A stretch of DNA of 64,000 nt from Candidatus Bathyarchaeota archaeon. Its GTDB lineage: Archaea > Thermoproteota > Bathyarchaeia > Bathyarchaeales > Bathycorpusculaceae. Both the position numbers and the translations under genes were made by a program. Where the stretch lies: NCBI GenBank assembly GCA_963775465.1, contig CAVZIW010000012.1, positions 1 to 64,000 on the forward strand, in the 5' to 3' direction. Shown in pieces: positions 18,870 through 28,818 of this stretch. Under the pieces are notes generated by a model. That model was not told where the DNA came from. It did no database searches and saw only the letters and a program-made list of their open reading frames with translations. How positions within the stretch are numbered: position 1 is the first letter of the stretch; each line of letters starts with the position of its first letter.

Positions 18870-19886
18870 TTATACAATGTTGATGAAAGTTCCAACTCGT
18901 TTTTTCAGTGCTTTGCCATAGGCGATTTTAGCTGTCATTGCATCTTGAACGGCTAATCCAGTGGAGTTGAAAACTGTAATCTCGTCTTCGGATGTTCTGC
19001 CAGACTTTAGTCCAGCAACTATCTGGCCGATTTCACACCATAAATCTTCTTTCAGTATTATGTTATCTCTCAATAGCAAAGGAACATTTGTTTCTCCTCT
19101 GTGAGATGCTTGCTCCCAATCATCGATTACAATTTTTGCCCTTTTCAGAATAAGAGGATCAAGTTCCTCTTTCCCAAAAGCATCGGCGCCAATGCAGTTG
19201 ATGTGCATTCCAGAAGAAACCATGTCTTCCATAACTAGAGATTTCCTTGAGGGAGTTGTAGTCACAACAATATCCGCTCCTTCCACTGTTTTTCTTACAT
19301 CTGCTTTAGGCACGAACTTGCAAAAATTTCCGTATTCTCGTTCAGCCTCAGCCACAAAATCCCTTTTTGTCTTCTCATGTCTACTCCAAACTCTTACCTC
19401 CTCAAGTCCTTTATAAACCTCAATTAGTGCCTTCAATTGAGTTCTTGCTTGAGCTCCTGCACCCACAAGTCCAACAACTTTGGAGTCTTTTTTCGCAAGA
19501 AATTTCGCAGCAATTGCACCTGCAGCACCCGTTCTCATATCAGTAATAGTTGTACCCCCCATTATAGCGAGGGGGAATCCTGATGAGGGATCTATTAAGA
19601 CTATAACTGCCATAACTGTTGGAAGTTTTTTCCTAGATGGGTTATCAGGGTGTACATTAACTATTTTTACGGCTGATATATCAAGATCCTCAAGGTAGCT
19701 AGGCAGGGTTCTAAGATCGCCTCTGTTCTTATTGTAATATAGGAAAACCTTCGGTGGCATTTGAACCCGACCTATTCCTTTCTGCTTGAACGCTATTTCA
19801 ACAGCATCAATTACTTCAGACATTGAAAGAAGATTCTTTACTTGATCATCTGTCAACAGAAGAGTTTCCAAGATTTTCCTCTCCAA
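18870..19886 (-). CDS. ala: Alanine dehydrogenase (ornithine cyclodeaminase/mu-crystallin family)
   Basis: MPPK, KIVNVHPDN, TDMRTGAAG, GAGAQA, IGAD..GKEEL, STGLAVQD. Confidence 0.85.
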   Translation of the reverse strand: MERKILETLLLTDDQVKNLLSMSEVIDAVEIAFKQKGIGRVQMPPKVFLYYNKNRGDLRTLPSYLEDLDISAVKIVNVHPDNPSRKKLPTVMAVIVLIDPSSGFPLAIMGGTTITDMRTGAAGAIAAKFLAKKDSKVVGLVGAGAQARTQLKALIEVYKGLEEVRVWSRHEKTKRDFVAEAEREYGNFCKFVPKADVRKTVEGADIVVTTTPSRKSLVMEDMVSSGMHINCIGADAFGKEELDPLILKRAKIVIDDWEQASHRGETNVPLLLRDNIILKEDLWCEIGQIVAGLKSGRTSEDEITVFNSTGLAVQDAMTAKIAYGKALKKRVGTFINIV

Positions 19887-20366
19887 AACTCATAATACTA
19901 TAGCCAAAAATACTAATATAGTTTAATGTTTTAAATTCTTTAAAAGCTGCCAAGAAAGCAAAAAGAATAATGACTAAACACGATTTTTAAAAAATAAACA
20001 ACCATTCTAAATCGTTCAGTTCCAATAAAAAGTGAAAAGAGCACCCACCGAAAAATAAAAGAGGATCCACAGATTTAATGCGAAATTTCAAAGGATACAG
20101 TTTCATCTCCCTAGCATCTTTTATTTTTAGCTAATCCAAAAGTTCAAAATCACCACATCCAGAAATGTCACAAGAATTTTATGCCATTTTATTACTTCTC
20201 CGAAGTGAAGACGAATAGCAAATAAGCTCTAAAAACGAGCACATAGAACCGGTCAAGGAATTTTATGAAATAACATTTCGGAGATTTACTTTTATTTACA
20301 CTGCTCTTTTGCGAATAATTACACACATATTTAATTAATAATAAGTTAATGGTATAACTGAGGATT

Positions 20367-21164
20367 ATGACAGATTTTTTTACAAGACCAGAGGGTACAT
20401 TGGCATATGAAGATAGTGATGGGTCAGGGGAAACAGTTATCATGTTACCTGGCATGGGTGCGCTTCGCAGTGAGTATCGTTACCTAGCACCTGCTCTAGC
20501 AAAAGAAGGCTATCGTACAATCGCAGCAGATTTGCGTGGACAAGGAGAATCAAGTGTTCCATGGGCTGAGTACGATGTTCCTTCCGTTGGAAAAGACATA
20601 TTGGCCATTATCGATCATTTAGCTGCTAGTCCAGCACACGTCATAGCAACATCTTTCTCGCCAGCGCCAGCAGTATGGGCCGCACTAGAACGCCCTAAGG
20701 CCATAAAGTCTTTGATTTTAATTAGTGCCTTCTTACGCAATGAAAAACTAAGCCTCACCAGAAAATTATCTATGGATATACTGTTGCATGGTCCATGGAA
20801 AATTTCAGCGTGGATTACCTACTACAAAACGCTTTATCCAACCCGAAAACCAAACGACTTTGATGAATATTTAGACAATTTGAAGGGGAATTTAGAAGAG
20901 AAAGGACGATTTGAAGCAGCAATGACGCTAGGGTCCTCGACCAAAGAATTGGTGGAGAAGCGTTTGAATCAGGTAAAAGTGCCCACACTAGTTATAGCAG
21001 GAACGAAAGATCCAGATTGGCCCGACCCTAAAGCTGAAGCAGAATTCATAGCTGACAAATTATCAGCTAAATTATTAATTGTGGAAAATGCTGGACACTA
21101 TCCTCAAACAGAGATGCCCGAGAAAGTTACTCCGGCTATTTTGGATTTTTTGAAAAGTATCTAA
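20367..21164 (+). CDS. Alpha/beta hydrolase
   Basis: DLRGQGES, nucleophile elbow ATSFS, PTLVIAGTKD, AGHYPQ. Confidence 0.88.
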   Translation: MTDFFTRPEGTLAYEDSDGSGETVIMLPGMGALRSEYRYLAPALAKEGYRTIAADLRGQGESSVPWAEYDVPSVGKDILAIIDHLAASPAHVIATSFSPAPAVWAALERPKAIKSLILISAFLRNEKLSLTRKLSMDILLHGPWKISAWITYYKTLYPTRKPNDFDEYLDNLKGNLEEKGRFEAAMTLGSSTKELVEKRLNQVKVPTLVIAGTKDPDWPDPKAEAEFIADKLSAKLLIVENAGHYPQTEMPEKVTPAILDFLKSI

Positions 21165-21255
21165 AGCCTCAGAGCACCAAGAAGAACAAGGCTAACTATC
21201 TAAAGTTACCCCCACTACCCTTCTAGAAAAAGGGAATGCGGGTCTCCAATGGATT

Positions 21256-21276
21256 GTTCGAGTCCTACACCCTGCA
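21256..21276 (+). repeat. Degenerate copy of the att fragment
   Basis: GTTCGAGTCCTACACCCTGCA, 18/21 to GTTCGAATCCCACCCCCTGCA. Confidence 0.6.
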
Positions 21277-21419
21277 TTCTATTTGGATAATACCGAATTT
21301 TCGGTAATTAAAATTACGTTATAAAATCTCTCTTTATTTGCATAAGATTACCAAATATTTTTTATCTTTAAAGTTGCAGAAGTGAGATCTTTAATAGTTC
21401 TTTTGCACTAAGAAAATAA

Positions 21420-22271
21420 ATGGTGCTATTTTGCATGGATAAGTTGCGCGCTGCAAAAATAGTAGTTTGCGTATTTTTTGTTTTCAGCCTTTTTTTAAGT
21501 CCCAATAGTTTTGGTCAAGCAGTAAATACAAGCATTACTGTATTGAGCTACACTAGCTACGTCAGTCCAAGTGGCCATTTTGTTGTACTTGGTGAAGTGC
21601 AAAATACATGTAGCCACAGCTTAGAGTCAGTATCTTTAGATGTTGTGGTTTCTGCTTCTGATGGGTCACAAATAACAGCTGAAACCACTGATGTTCTTGT
21701 AAAGAACTTCCTCCCACAGCAAATAGCGCCTTTCTACCTCGATTTTGGCAAAATCGATTTTGATATTGTTTCAAAAACTAGTGCGTTTAATATTAGCTTG
21801 TCTAATGCTCCTCCAACAAATTACGATCAGTATCCAGATCTTTCTTTAATCGTTGTCTTTAATGGCATATTAAACGATGTTTACACAGTTTCGGGATCAA
21901 TAACAAATATCGGTAATCAAACTGCAAACGACATAAAGATCGAGGCAACTTACTATAACAACGAAGGTGTTGTAGTTGGAGTGGGAATAGCAACATTAAA
22001 AGACGCTTTAGCTCCAAATTCTTCCGCAGACTTCAGTGTAAGCGAATTTGATGCATCACCTAAAATTGTGACTAAAATTTCGAACTATGCTCTTTTAGTT
22101 CAGACGTCTACCCAAGTCTTTTCGCTCCCACCCACCGCTTCACCATCGGGCAAAGCGCAATCTTCCGATTCCTCGCTGTTAAATTTAGGCATTATTAGCA
22201 TAGTTTCAATTTCTATTATTGCTGCATTGGCTCTAGTTCTCTTAAGAAAACGGAATCTAAACCACCAGTAA
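21420..22271 (+). CDS. FxLYD-type Ig-like domain membrane protein
   Basis: Two G.V.N.G...V.....Y...G repeats, signal peptide and C-terminal TM. Confidence 0.75.
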   Translation: MVLFCMDKLRAAKIVVCVFFVFSLFLSPNSFGQAVNTSITVLSYTSYVSPSGHFVVLGEVQNTCSHSLESVSLDVVVSASDGSQITAETTDVLVKNFLPQQIAPFYLDFGKIDFDIVSKTSAFNISLSNAPPTNYDQYPDLSLIVVFNGILNDVYTVSGSITNIGNQTANDIKIEATYYNNEGVVVGVGIATLKDALAPNSSADFSVSEFDASPKIVTKISNYALLVQTSTQVFSLPPTASPSGKAQSSDSSLLNLGIISIVSISIIAALALVLLRKRNLNHQ

Positions 22272-22511
22272 GATAACGTTCTTTCTTTACACATTGCCTT
22301 GCCTTAGTCGGCACCATAGTTTTGTAATTGGAGTTACAAACAACGAAATAGAAAAAGCACAGTTTTGGACCAGGCAATAACTGAAAGTATTGGTCAAGTC
22401 TTGCAGAATTGGTTATAAAACAAGAGGACACAGTTAAAAGTGGTCAAGAAAAAATAACAACACGTGTGTCTGTCGAGCTAACTATCATTTTTAGAATTGG
22501 CTAGTTCATCG

Positions 22512-22937
22512 CTAACTAAGGCACTTTGTGATTAGTACAGGGCAAGTTGCATTTTTCAATACCCCACTGCTGACACTTCCAAGAAAAAGCTTTGATAAAT
22601 TACTCTTGCCTGTTGCACCCATAACAATCAAATCAAAATGCTTATCATCAGCAGTTTTAACTATCTGTTGCACGGCATCTCCATCAAGCAGCAGAGTTTC
22701 AACTTCAAAACCGTAAGCTTTAGCTTGTTTTTTAGTTTTCACCAAAATGCTTGTTGCTTCATTCTTTAGTATCTCGGGCAAAGCTTCCTTAGAGTCCACG
22801 ATAAGCGTTGACCACCTTGGGTACACATGCATAACAGTGATTTTCCCTCCACTCATTTCTGCTACTTTACCGGCTTCTTTTAAAGCGGTATAACAATTCT
22901 CTGAACCATCAACTGGAACCAATATTTTTTCATACAA
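22512..22937 (-). CDS. Universal stress protein
   Basis: KILVPVDGS, DLIVMGATG, LGSVS..V...A.CPVLI. Confidence 0.92.
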   Translation of the reverse strand: MYEKILVPVDGSENCYTALKEAGKVAEMSGGKITVMHVYPRWSTLIVDSKEALPEILKNEATSILVKTKKQAKAYGFEVETLLLDGDAVQQIVKTADDKHFDLIVMGATGKSNLSKLFLGSVSSGVLKNATCPVLITKCLS

Positions 22938-23138
22938 AGCAATAACCCCTATTAAATTGGGATTCTGGCTATTTTAAATCTATCCAAATCTTAAAGAAAT
23001 CAGATGTTTTGACTTCAAATATCCACAATCTTTAGCTTAAACATTTCTTCTGAGTTTACTGATGATAGACCTTTTGTCTAACTAGATTACCGGAAATTAT
23101 CTTTCAAGATACGTTTTTTAATTTCTTCAGTTTCTAGA

Positions 23139-23342
23139 ATGGATAAGAGGTACCTTGGAATGGAGTTTAGGACAGCAGCGGTTGTTAGTTGTTGGATATC
23201 TATTGCCGTTATAGCTTCTGCATACATGATAATTTTTGGAAGCATTGTTGGAGATATTCTGTTTGGTGTATTCTTTCCAATTGGATTACTGGTTTTGGCT
23301 GGTTTAATAGTAACTCTTTACTTGGCATCAAGTAAGAGTTAG
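23139..23342 (+). CDS. Small two-TM membrane protein
   Basis: 67-aa hydrophobic ORF. Confidence 0.55.
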   Translation: MDKRYLGMEFRTAAVVSCWISIAVIASAYMIIFGSIVGDILFGVFFPIGLLVLAGLIVTLYLASSKS

Positions 23343-23969
23343 CAAGTAACCAAAGTGTTCTATAACTGATAATCCAAACTGTCTTTAACTGTTTGTTGTA
23401 CCTGCTATTCGAAGAAGCTATCGGATTAGAACTTATAGTAAAACCTGTAAAATAATAAAAAGGATTTTTTGTTTTTATGCCGTCCAATCCATGGCAATCT
23501 TTAGCTGAATATTGACTATCATGACGACAAAGTGGCTTTAATGGATCTTGTAGCTTTCAGTTATTTGAATGTATGTTTTGCTTCATTGTAGGCGTTCTGA
23601 AAGTCCATAACTCCAGTGTAGCAGCAGAGTGCGTAGAATAAAAGCTGCCTTAAAACATATTTTTTATCCATGTTTTCACACGGGCTTCTCATGACACGTG
23701 TCATATCTCATTTATATCTGTTATCCTGCAAAACACAATAAGCGTAAGTTGTAGCGGCCTCTTTTGACCAATTGCAAATCACCTCTTGAGCGAAAGAACA
23801 ATAATTATGCAGTTTTATTTATGACACAAAAGTGCAGGTTTTGATGAAATTCTGTGTATATATTTAGAGAGAATGAAAAATCCATTTCAACAGCTTGTTA
23901 TTTAGTAAAATCTAAAATTAGCCTTCTGCTCCAATACGTTTAAAAACAAAAAAAAGGGTGTTTTGTTTT

Positions 23970-26721
23970 TTATGGTCGTTTTCTGAGAACTACCAGTATT
24001 GTTATGGCAAAGCCTATGGCGATTGCTACGATTATGCCTGCAACTGCGGGAACAAAGTACATGTCAGCGGCTGATTGTGCTGGTGCTTGAGTTGGAGCTG
24101 TTGTTGGAGCTGCGGGGTCTACTGCGAAACTAGTTTCCGAGGTTGATGGCCAGTAAGATTCAGAGCCTGCGAAAGTTGCAACCACAGTGTATTTGCCTTC
24201 GATATCTGGTGTCCATTGATAGCTGAATGCGCCGCTAGCATCGCTTGTAGTTGTGCCGATATTACGATAGTTGCCATTAGAATCAATCACATCGATCGAA
24301 ACAGGAACACCCGTAGTGTTTGACGGCTTTCCTTTTTGCATATAGACGTATGCCATCCATTGAGTCTGAGAATCTTCAGAGACAGCTGCAACACCATTAG
24401 GGAAACGTGCTGCTTGCTCTTTCTGTTTTGTGCCAGCAGAAATGTCGGTGACTGTTCCGCTTATCACTAGTGATTTGCCCAGCTCTATTGCTGCTTTGGG
24501 TGCTTCCACGTTAAGCGCGGTTGGACCTTTGCCTATAGCGTAGATTTGTGCATCATAGTTGTTCCAGTAGATCAAAACGCCATCAGCAGTAGCAAAAGTC
24601 ATCGGATACGCCCATCCTGCTAGATCCCAGATAGTTTCGCCAGTAGTAACGTTAAGACAGTGCACACGTTCGCCTTTGTAGAGAGGTGTATCAGCAGAGT
24701 GCTCATGAGTTCCGACAAAGATCTTGCCATCGGCAAATAAGTCCTAGCATCTGAACGAAGTTAGGAATCTTCTCTCCGCCAGATGGATAGATCTGTCTCC
24801 AGAGTAGACTGCCATTAGCTAAGCTATAAGCAGAGACTGCTCCAGTGTAGCCTCCAGTGAAAAGGGTTCCGTAAGCCATCTTTGTCTGCGTTTGCGAAAT
24901 CAAGCTTGGCCAAGTAAAGTACCCGTATGCCTGGAAATCAGATTGGGCATCAGTTGTCGCAACCAATTCGCCGTTGCTCATATCCCAGATGTAGAATGTG
25001 CAGCTTGGAACCTTTAAGCCGACAAAACGTTGTTCAGCGCCTGTAGCTCGTTCGAATAGTATGTTTTGGTTAGTTGCTTCATCTTCGATGTCAATGTTCT
25101 TCATGTAGAGTAATTGGCCTTCATGTCCAGGTTGAATGCTGATTGCCCAAACAGTGACCTCATCAACATATGCGTATGAGGGTGCACCTGTACCAGTTGG
25201 CCAAGAACCGTTAGTGCCCCAAACATATTGGTTGTCATATACTGCTCTAATAGTTGGCGATGTCGCAAACATCTTTCCTATAGATACGTTCCAGTCATAT
25301 CGATTTGCAGTGCTTGCGTTTATCGGTGTCGATGGCGGGTTGCTGTTTGCACCAATCATTGGGATGACTTTGGACGAGTTCCATTGACCTAATGCATAGC
25401 CATTGTTAGTGTTGCCGCTTAAGACATAGCGCAAGTTTTCTCCTGCTGGACCTTGTACTTCAAAACCTGAAGGAACATCAGTTATGTGAAGGTATTCAAG
25501 TCCTCTCTCTGGCTGGTAGCCGATACCATAGTTGCTGCTGAATAGCCATCCAGGATTTTGAATTCCGTGTTCGTTGGGGTCATCTTGACTGTAGTAGTAG
25601 CCGAATGATGGTGTTGCTGCTGCTGATATTGTGAAAGTAAATGAACCAAAAGTGATTGTCGTTTCAGTGATGCTGGAGTTTTGCTCGTATAGTAGTTCTC
25701 CAGTCTTCAAATCTACGCAGTCAAATAAGCTGCTTGTGCCGCTAGTGTAGAGGTTTGGCGAGTAGTAGAGTCTTCCGTACATGATGATTTGTGTGTTGAA
25801 TCGTGGTTGATATTGAGATCCCGCGTTGAAAGCATTGCCAGTTCCAATTCGTCCATCATTGCTACCGCCTAAGATACCGTTGTCCTCAGTAGGTCTTGTC
25901 CAGAGAATGTGTGGACTGTTCGGTGCAGTACCGTCAGGTTGATATCTGTTTTCGGCGCCGCCATTATCCCTGTCATGAGCATTGCAAAGCCAGTTTGAAG
26001 CAACAGTGTACCATTGGTCGTTTTGTCCCTCAATCGGGCGAGTCCAATATTCAGTTGGAACAGGCTGAATGAGAGGCAGACCGTTAATGCTTACTGGTTC
26101 TTGCTGTACAGTAACCTGGAAAGTATAGTTGCTAGCTAAGAATGTAGTTCCATAGTAGTCATTGCTCCCTCCAAGATCAGAGTTCCACCTATAGTAGAGT
26201 TGGTGGAAGAACACTTCAATCGAGTAGTTTCCAGTTTGGTCAGGGGTATATGCAGTGTAAGTTGAGCCAGTAGAGTCAGAGACGAAAAGTCCATCTCCAA
26301 CACCTCCCTCGCCTCCACCAACATTGCCTTGAGTTTGACCAGCTGAAGGCAGTCGCTCTGTAGATCCGTCCGGTTTAGTTACTTCCAAATGGAACATGTA
26401 TCGGATATCGTTGCCTAGTAACGCATTAGGAGGTACTTGTGGATTCATCATGATGACGTTGAATGCTTGTCCAATACCAACAGGGTTAGGTGAAGCAATG
26501 CCAAAGCACCAGGTTGGAATCATGTCGTGGAATCTTGTCCAAAGTGTAAGCCTGTTTGCAGGAGCATTCGCAGTCATGTCGGGCCAATTCATGCCTTGAT
26601 CGATAGCAGTCTGAGTAGCATCATTGAATGCAGCTGTAGTTTGCAAAGAGCCAAGTGAAATAGCCATAGAAGTTATGAGAATCAACGCTATAGTTGTCGC
26701 TAAAAATTTATTTTTCAACAT
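23970..26721 (-). CDS. Large secreted PQQ-like beta-propeller protein (one frameshift near 24720)
   Basis: PTEYWTRPIEGQN, APNSPHILWT, YDAQIYAIGKGP and GVPVSIDVIDSNGN motifs, as in the expanded Bathyarchaeia family; two ORFs joined by one indel. Confidence 0.85.
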
Positions 26722-26986
26722 TTGTTTTTTTCTCCATAATTTATAACATATATTACATATGTACGGGCTGCATATTGTAATAGAAAAATTTATAAAGTGT
26801 TGTATAAAGTGGTGGTTACGACACGTTTGGCATCAACTCTTCAGAATGAGCTTATGAAATTTTAACTGACTTTTTAGGCATGCATTTCTAATTAAGAGTC
26901 AAAAGAATATATTGTTGAAAAAAGAAAAAGTTGCACAAGACTTAAGCCTTCTCACATATTTACACACATAAAATAGGCGGCTTTGA

Positions 26987-27226
26987 ATGGTTCACAGAAG
27001 AGTAAGAGGCGGACACTACAAGATAAAACATGTTGAGAAGCAATGCCCCGTTGAGTTAGGAGACGAGTTAGAAGTAAACATCATCGATGTCACTCCAAGT
27101 GGAGATGGAATGTCAAAAATCCGCGGCTACACAATCACGGTACCTAAAGCCAAACCAAGAGACTACGTGAAAATAAGGGTAACACAAGTCGGCGAGAAAG
27201 CTGCAGTTGGAGAAATAATAAAGTAA
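26987..27226 (+). CDS. Single TRAM domain protein (RNA chaperone)
   Basis: PVELGDELEV.I......GDG...I.GY.I.VP.AK..D.VKI.V. Confidence 0.88.
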   Translation: MVHRRVRGGHYKIKHVEKQCPVELGDELEVNIIDVTPSGDGMSKIRGYTITVPKAKPRDYVKIRVTQVGEKAAVGEIIK

Positions 27227-27375
27227 GTCATCCATCCGCCATCAACATTGTCTATATGTCCAAAATATGAAGGTTCGGTGTGCTCGGATTTATTTTTTAA
27301 AAGACAAGTCAGATGTTTTCCCGTTCTATTGAAAAATCTTTTAAACTCAAGCCATCACTAGAGCGTGGTAATATT

Positions 27376-27441
27376 ATGCCATCTCTAAAAAAGAAAAACG
27401 CTGCAAAAAAAGCAAAACATGAAGCGAAAACTGGCAAGTAA
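27376..27441 (+). CDS. 21-aa Lys/Ala-rich basic peptide
   Basis: MPSLKKKNAAKKAKHEAKTGK*, preceded by a TTTAAA box and GGTAAT, followed by a CGCTCTT..AAGAGCG hairpin. Confidence 0.5.
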   Translation: MPSLKKKNAAKKAKHEAKTGK

Positions 27442-27725
27442 ACTATATCCTTAACGCGCTCTTTTTTAAGAGCGGAAAAAAGAAGCATTAAGCCAGCAAT
27501 GCTATTTTCACTTTTTAGTCTTTTCTATCCTTAAAGGGACAAACCTTTTTGCGAAATCCAAAAAACCTCGCGACCGCAAGGAGAAACTATTGAAACCAAG
27601 TTAGATCCAAAATATTTGTTTACATTGTCAGAGTAATTTCTGCAAATGAGCTCTACCAATTTCTCTTGAAGCCTATGTTTTTAAGCAGTATCATGACACT
27701 GCCCACTATGCAAAGAAAGGCTGAT

Positions 27726-27806
27726 AGAACAACAAGAATTTCTTAGGTGTTGTTGTTCTAGCAGACAAAGAGATTTTCGGAAAAATAATTACACAACAAA
27801 ATCTTG
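27726..27806 (+). repeat. Dispersed ~80-bp repeat, inverted partner at about 43968-44046
   Basis: AGAACAACAAGAATTT.TTAGGTGTTG(TTG)TTCTAGCAGACAAA.AGATTTT...AATAAT.ACACAACAAA shared by both copies. Confidence 0.8.
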
Positions 27807-28065
27807 AATAAAAGCGTCATTTGACCATCTCATGAAAAAAGCAAAGCAAGACTATCCCTACAACCCAATAAAAAGCAGATGGAAAAAGATACTGCCACCA
27901 GCAAACATATCCCCAGAACCTAAAAAAATAAGCAATCGCTTGAAAAAACAAAAAGATGCTCAATTTTTCTCGGGATTGCACAGATTTTACCTCTATTCAC
28001 AAGATTACTTTTACCTTAAGTTTTGGGAAAAACACTAAATACTTGACTTAAGCAATCAATAGACC

Positions 28066-28755
28066 ATGCTTAAAAAACAGAGGGGAATATCCAACAAGGC
28101 CTATTTTGCAATAATTCTCTTAGTTGTGCTGATAGTGGCGTCTGCAGCAATAATCTATGCAACAACTCAAAGCACAGCACCCCTAAAAGTAGGCCTTAAT
28201 GTTGGTGACACCTTCACTTACAGTTTGAAAGGCAACTCAAACTTGGGACTTGGCGCAACACTACCAAACTACTTTAATCAATACAATGATACAGATTACT
28301 ACAAGATCATAGTAACAAACGTAAACAACTCTCAAGTTACAATAACTACCGAATGGAAATTCTTGAATGGAACAGCAATAAACGATCAACAAACCATAGA
28401 TTTAGCTACAGGCCAAAAAACTCAACCAGACGGCTTTTGGGCAATCTACGCATCTAATCTCAGGGTAAACGATTTTCTACGACCCGAAGGCTTTGACAAA
28501 GTTAAAGTCAACATGACAGATACTCAAACCTATGCCACCTCCATTCGAACACGCGACTTCTTCTCGATGGAAAACGAGTTCTACGACGTCAACGACCCAA
28601 CACGAAACACTCTACGCTACGACTATACAGGAGTCTACTTCGACCAAGCAACCGGCATGCTTGAAACATTGACTAACTACCAAGAATACAACAACCCAGA
28701 AATGGTACTAGTAATAACTTGGAAACTCGTTAGCTCATCAGTCTGGGACGTCTAA
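28066..28755 (+). CDS. Membrane-anchored hypothetical protein
   Basis: Class III-like signal (KQRGIS plus TM), VGLNVGDTFTY, YFDQATGML. Confidence 0.75.
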   Translation: MLKKQRGISNKAYFAIILLVVLIVASAAIIYATTQSTAPLKVGLNVGDTFTYSLKGNSNLGLGATLPNYFNQYNDTDYYKIIVTNVNNSQVTITTEWKFLNGTAINDQQTIDLATGQKTQPDGFWAIYASNLRVNDFLRPEGFDKVKVNMTDTQTYATSIRTRDFFSMENEFYDVNDPTRNTLRYDYTGVYFDQATGMLETLTNYQEYNNPEMVLVITWKLVSSSVWDV

Positions 28756-28818
28756 AAAACATTTTTAAACAATACAGCTAACTCCTCGTAAAATAAGAAA
28801 ATAAAAGAAGAAAAATCT

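Noticed and set aside
20141-20162. Possible sixth tRNA-Leu remnant (GTTCAAAATCACCACATCCA)
   Set aside because: Too few matches to separate from chance in AT-rich DNA.
24700-24740. Programmed frameshift in the large PQQ gene, and similar breaks near 39990, 47250, 48260 and 55990
   Set aside because: No convincing slippery site with supporting context; most simply single-base assembly errors.
27832-28038. 68-aa basic ORF
   Set aside because: Low-complexity A-rich sequence overlapping the promoter region of the next gene.
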